64,000 bases of DNA from an uncultured bacterium. GTDB taxonomy: Bacteria > Spirochaetota > UBA4802 > UB4802. The position numbers and the translations under genes were made by a program. The DNA lies in contig CALEUQ010000008.1 of NCBI GenBank assembly GCA_937920495.1, positions 6,086 to 70,085 on the forward strand, in the 5' to 3' direction. The notes beneath the pieces were generated by a model. The model was not told where the DNA came from, did no database searches, and worked only from the letters and a program-made list of their open reading frames with translations. Shown here piece after piece: positions 59,909 through 64,000 of this stretch (the stretch's first letter is position 1; the number at the start of each line of letters is the position of its first letter).

Positions 59909-60499
59909 TTATTTCCGTTTGCCTGTTAGTTCATACACTTCACGTAAAATTGGATTTCCATCCTTATCAAAAACAAGTACAGTAACATAATTAAAAAATA
60001 TAAAATCTTTGCGATATGGAGAAACATGATATGAACGCACTACCAAATCATCTTTTACCGGTAAAAAATAAAGTTTATTTGTCAAAGGATTAATACCCGT
60101 TTTTGTATTCTTTGGATACGCCTGGAATATTTTTTTCCCTTTACTATCAGTATATTCATAATTGGATATATCATCTGGATAGGGAACAAAATTTCGTATA
60201 CGCTCTTTCTCGGGTACAGGCATCTCAAAGCTGGATTTGGTTTTTTCCTCTTTTTCATAGGTTGCAATAATATTAACATATATATCCATGGGGTCATCTG
60301 TCAAATTTTTAAATATTACTTCAACCTCAAGCTCCTCTCCTTTCCCCGCTCTATCCACTCTTTTGTTAAAATATATATCTTTGATCTTTACCTGATTGCT
60401 ATATAAAGACTGGACAGGTATATCTGTTTTTTGAGTGGTCTGTGCTAATAATGCAGATGCACACACTACCAAAATTATAGTAAAAAATTTTTTCTTCAT
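59909..60499 (-). CDS. Secreted hypothetical protein
   Basis: Signal peptide ('ILVVCASALLAQ'), 196 aa, no recognisable domain. Confidence 0.4.
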   Translation of the reverse strand: MKKKFFTIILVVCASALLAQTTQKTDIPVQSLYSNQVKIKDIYFNKRVDRAGKGEELEVEVIFKNLTDDPMDIYVNIIATYEKEEKTKSSFEMPVPEKERIRNFVPYPDDISNYEYTDSKGKKIFQAYPKNTKTGINPLTNKLYFLPVKDDLVVRSYHVSPYRKDFIFFNYVTVLVFDKDGNPILREVYELTGKRK

Positions 60500-60581
60500 A
60501 TCAACCGCCCATCATTACAATGTGTATGATTATAGTTACTTATCGGTCATAGTAATGGCAAAATTTAGAAGAATACACCAT

Positions 60582-61367
60582 CTATGTATTAATACAATCA
60601 AGCAGTTGCCGATGGATCAATCCATTTGTGGCACAAATTTCCGGATACTCCGGATCAAATGCATCCCCATTATATTTTGTTACCATCCCGCCTGCTTCTG
60701 CCACTATAAGCGCGCCTGCTGCCATATCCCATGGGAAAAGCTCTGGCTCCCAGTAACCGTCAAATCTGCCACACGCCACATAGGCCAGGTCAATAGCAGC
60801 TGAACCCATACGCCGTATACCCTGCACATGTGGCACTACATTATTGAACTGCTTCAGATTATTAACTTCTGGATCATCTTTCTTATAGGGGAAACCCGTT
60901 GCAATAACCGAAATGCCAATATCATCGATTTGTGAAACATATATTCGTCGTGTGTTGAGATAGGCACCGCCACCCTTCCACGCATAAAAACACTCATCAC
61001 GCAATGGGTCGTAGACCACACCAACAACGGTTGAATTACTTTCTCTTTGGTATAAGGCAATAGTAACACAAAAATGCGGGATTTTGTGGGCAAAGTTATT
61101 GGTAGCATCTAACGGATCAACAAACCACACATAGTTGCCGCTCGATTTCTTTACACTCCCCTCTTCCGCAACGATATCATGATCTGGAAATTTATGTGTA
61201 ATGCCTGCAACAATTAATTTTTCAGATTCATAGTCAATATTGGTTACCAGATTTGTTCTGCTTTTATAATCAATGGTTACATCGTTGCTGTAATATCCCT
61301 CCAGCACCAGGGCTCCTGCCTGTTTACAAATATGAATAGCATACTCCGTGATTGCCTTATACTCCAT
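60582..61367 (-). CDS. Inositol monophosphatase family protein (SuhB-like)
   Basis: 'WFVDPLDATNNFAH..P.F.V.IAL' and 'DDIGISV' (metal-binding DPxD and WxDPxDGT-like motifs). Confidence 0.75.
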   Translation of the reverse strand: MEYKAITEYAIHICKQAGALVLEGYYSNDVTIDYKSRTNLVTNIDYESEKLIVAGITHKFPDHDIVAEEGSVKKSSGNYVWFVDPLDATNNFAHKIPHFCVTIALYQRESNSTVVGVVYDPLRDECFYAWKGGGAYLNTRRIYVSQIDDIGISVIATGFPYKKDDPEVNNLKQFNNVVPHVQGIRRMGSAAIDLAYVACGRFDGYWEPELFPWDMAAGALIVAEAGGMVTKYNGDAFDPEYPEICATNGLIHRQLLDCINT

Positions 61368-61369
61368 AC

Positions 61370-62800
61370 CTACAATTCAACTCCTGCTCCCAGTGTAAAT
61401 GTAATTTCATGATGATCCTCTGATGTATCAGATAGTTCAAATCCTAACGTCTGATACAGGAATATATTGTTATGCACATATTCTTCCACACCAACCGTAA
61501 ACACATGAGATAGAGATCTGAATCCTGAGAAGGGGTCACCTTTTGTCCATTTATCAGTGTTTATACCAAACCACCCCTGCCCATTACCAAATTTTGCATA
61601 TGGATTATCTTTATTGATACTTCCAAAATACATCCTCTCGGTAAGGCTAAAACTAAACGAAAGTTTCTTTTGCCCTGTTAATTCATTATACCTGTTAAGA
61701 ATGACTCCTATACTAAAATCATATACACCGGCATACCTGCATACAGGTATTGCATGGTCAAAAAAGTAGAATTCATTGATAGTAAGCTTTGTATAATAAC
61801 GTAGATATTTATCAAACGTGTACGTATATACAAAATCAAAATAATCAGCATCAAAGGTCTTACCACTTGAATTTTCTCCATCACGCAAGATAAGCCGTGG
61901 GTACATAGCAATATCAATGTTAGCCTTATCCTGAGTAAAACCAAATACAAGCCCCAATTTGTAATCATTGATGTGTGTATTCTCACCAAACACTTTGCCA
62001 CTACGATGGTGATTCCCCAGCACTCCAAATCCTAAATAATATCCTCCCGCATTAAACAGCCCTTCTACTTTCTCCATCCACGCATTGACATCCGGCATCA
62101 ACGCTCCATAGTAACGATTGCCTGTTGTGATACGAGCTTCCCATCCATCAAATGGGCCTATATCAATAAAAAAATGATTTGGCATATTGAGCCCAATGCC
62201 ATTATCACTCACAACCTCAAAACCTCCGCCATTAAGAAAATATCCTGTCCTTGACATCCCGTCTAACGTGGCAAGAAACACCCTCTTCTTTTCCTGTGGC
62301 TTTTCTTCTTCTGCTACCACTTCTTTAGCAGGCTTCTTTTCTTCTTTTGCTGGTTCTTCAACTTGAGCCTTTGCCTGTGCAATAAGCTTTTGTTTATAGG
62401 CATCCGGGAGCCATTTGATAACTTCCTGATTTTTTGGGTCCAGTTTTAATACATGCTCTCCCGTTGCAACTGCTTTATCAAATAGACCTGTGGTATAGTA
62501 TAAATAGCCAAGCCTTTCCAGTGTCGGGATCTGTATAGGATTGCGCCGTACTGCTTCTTCATATGCAGGAATTGCCTTATCAATGTCACCTTTAAGTTCA
62601 TATACATATCCCATATTATGCAATGTCCTCGCTGAGCGGACATTATATAACTTGATCGATTCATCCAGCTTTTGCAGCGATTCATCATATTTTTGTTTCC
62701 TGCCCAGTTCAATCCCTTCTTTAGTTAATTCTTCAGGATCCTGAGCATATAGGGCTGTAACAAAAACAAGAAATAATGCGATAATTATTTTTTTGTACAT
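61370..62800 (-). CDS. Secreted TPR-repeat protein with Lys/Glu-rich linker and beta-rich C-terminal domain (outer-membrane-barrel-like)
   Basis: Signal peptide, three or four TPRs, 'KAQVEEPAKEEKKPAKEVVAEEEKPQEKK', then alternating aromatic/aliphatic strands ending in a C-terminal 'GVEL' aromatic-less terminus. Confidence 0.45.
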   Translation of the reverse strand: MYKKIIIALFLVFVTALYAQDPEELTKEGIELGRKQKYDESLQKLDESIKLYNVRSARTLHNMGYVYELKGDIDKAIPAYEEAVRRNPIQIPTLERLGYLYYTTGLFDKAVATGEHVLKLDPKNQEVIKWLPDAYKQKLIAQAKAQVEEPAKEEKKPAKEVVAEEEKPQEKKRVFLATLDGMSRTGYFLNGGGFEVVSDNGIGLNMPNHFFIDIGPFDGWEARITTGNRYYGALMPDVNAWMEKVEGLFNAGGYYLGFGVLGNHHRSGKVFGENTHINDYKLGLVFGFTQDKANIDIAMYPRLILRDGENSSGKTFDADYFDFVYTYTFDKYLRYYTKLTINEFYFFDHAIPVCRYAGVYDFSIGVILNRYNELTGQKKLSFSFSLTERMYFGSINKDNPYAKFGNGQGWFGINTDKWTKGDPFSGFRSLSHVFTVGVEEYVHNNIFLYQTLGFELSDTSEDHHEITFTLGAGVEL

Positions 62801-62983
62801 AGACCTTTCCTTATCTTACTATGTTGTAACATTTCACTGTACTATATACTATTGAGAAATGCCACAGAAATGCAACTAAAAATTACATTTAAGTTTTAAT
62901 CGGTAAACGCCAATAATTATAATAGCAAAAGTGTTGCTCTATTTGTCAGGGAATGCTAATGTGACATAATAAAGGGGGAAAAT

Positions 62984-64000
62984 ATGAAAAAGACTATCAT
63001 GGTAATTGGCGGAGGCCTTTTACAGGTTCCTGTTATACAGACAGCCCAAAAGATGGGACTTAAGGTGATAGTTACTGATTATAACCCCAATGCACTGGGG
63101 ATGAAGTATGCCGATATCCCCATCGTGATGAGTACCCGCGATATTGAAGGATCCGTGCGCGTTGCAAAAAAGCAAAACGAGATTACCCCTATATCCGGTG
63201 TTTTGACTGTTGGTACGGATGCATCAGCTACAGTTGCTGCTGTGGCAAATGCCCTCAACCTCCCTGGCATAAAATATGAAGATGCCATTGCTGCCACCAA
63301 CAAAATCAAGATGCGTACACGATTTTTTGAACATGGTGTACCATCACCACATTTCTTCCCTGTGTGGTCTCTTTCTGATGCAAAGAAGGCATGCAAGGTT
63401 TTAGGATTTCCTGTGGTCATCAAACCTTCGGATAATATGGGAGCACGTGGTGTTGTGCGAATAGATAATAAAAACCAGATAGCTGATGCCTTTGCATTTG
63501 CCAAAAGCGCATCCCCCAGTGGTGAGCTTATCATAGAAGAATTTATGGAAGGTCATGAATTATCCATAGATGCAGTAGTGTTCAATGGTGAAGTAACATT
63601 TACCGGTATTGCCGACCGCATCATAGAATACCCACCACATTTTGTTGAAACAGGCCACACCATGCCATCACAGCTACCAAAAGAGATTCAGGACAGCGCC
63701 TGTGAGGTGATGAAAGCAGGTATCAAAGCACTGGGCATACATTTAGGCTGTGCTAAAGGAGATATTAAAATAACAAAAGATGGTCCCAAGATTGGCGAGC
63801 TGGCTGCACGCCTTTCCGGTGGATTTATGTCTGCATACACCTATCCGCTTTCAACCGGCGTTAACCTGATGCGTGCTGCCATTGAGATAGCATTGGGTCA
63901 GGAACCGGGCAATCTGGAACCACTGTACAACAGGGTATCCATTGAACGGGCAATTATAACAAAACCTGGAATAGTAAAAAAGATATGTGGGGTGGAAGAA
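62984..64000 (+). CDS. ATP-grasp domain protein (3' partial)
   Basis: AAAGGGGGAA RBS, ATG 62984. 'IMVIGGGLLQVPVIQTA', 'GFPVVIKPSDNMGARGV', 'ELSIDAVV'. Open to the window end. Not in the ORF track because it has no stop. Confidence 0.6.
   Translation, partial: MKKTIMVIGGGLLQVPVIQTAQKMGLKVIVTDYNPNALGMKYADIPIVMSTRDIEGSVRVAKKQNEITPISGVLTVGTDASATVAAVANALNLPGIKYEDAIAATNKIKMRTRFFEHGVPSPHFFPVWSLSDAKKACKVLGFPVVIKPSDNMGARGVVRIDNKNQIADAFAFAKSASPSGELIIEEFMEGHELSIDAVVFNGEVTFTGIADRIIEYPPHFVETGHTMPSQLPKEIQDSACEVMKAGIKALGIHLGCAKGDIKITKDGPKIGELAARLSGGFMSAYTYPLSTGVNLMRAAIEIALGQEPGNLEPLYNRVSIERAIITKPGIVKKICGVEE

Noticed and set aside
63079-63534. 151-aa minus-strand ORF
   Set aside because: It lies entirely antisense to a well-supported ATP-grasp gene (RBS, conserved motifs). 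Its composition is an antisense artefact.
1-64000. CRISPR arrays, IS elements, integrases, phage structural genes, restriction-modification or known anti-phage defence cassettes
   Set aside because: No evenly spaced direct repeats were seen on reading the intergenic regions. No transposase/integrase/nuclease-helicase motifs were found among ORFs. The window looks like core chromosome with lineage-specific signalling and envelope genes.

Overview
The window is AT-rich bacterial chromosomal DNA (~37% GC by eye) with dense coding on both strands. A FlaB-type flagellin at 17667-18515(-) is very close to spirochaete (Leptospira-like) periplasmic flagellins, so the source is probably a spirochaete or a related uncultured lineage. 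There is no CRISPR array, transposase, integrase or obvious phage or defence cassette. Three themes stand out.

(1) The cyclic-nucleotide signalling inventory is unusually rich. A class I (enterobacterial CyaA-type) adenylate cyclase sits directly after an lptE-like gene and holA. There is also a HAMP-containing class III cyclase, a cNMP-binding/TPR protein, an adjacent Crp/Fnr regulator and a GAF sensor kinase.

(2) The alpha-glucan/glycogen toolkit is non-canonical. A continuous ORF of more than 1019 aa fuses a GH13 amylase-like catalytic domain to a GT5 glycogen synthase. A CheY-like response regulator is followed by glgC and then a GH57 hydrolase. There is a GH57-type branching enzyme. A sugar-1-P nucleotidyltransferase is fused to a phosphomutase-like domain whose active-site and metal-binding motifs look degenerate.

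(3) Several signalling and envelope proteins are uncharacterised. One is a STAS domain fused to a zinc ribbon, next to a Cache-like membrane protein. An LpoB-like lipoprotein is paired with a TPR/PDZ lipoprotein. A lysophospholipase-like hydrolase carries a histone-H1-like K/A/P tail. A K+ channel has a TVGFQE filter.

At the RNA level I found a clean tRNA-Arg(CCU). Six Rho-independent terminators carry the long features list. A promoter-to-terminator unit of about 100 nt sits in an ORF-free 730-bp AT-rich spacer and is a candidate small RNA. I cannot assign the cyclase/regulator set to any described system, so it is the most likely novelty here. The glucan module ranks second.
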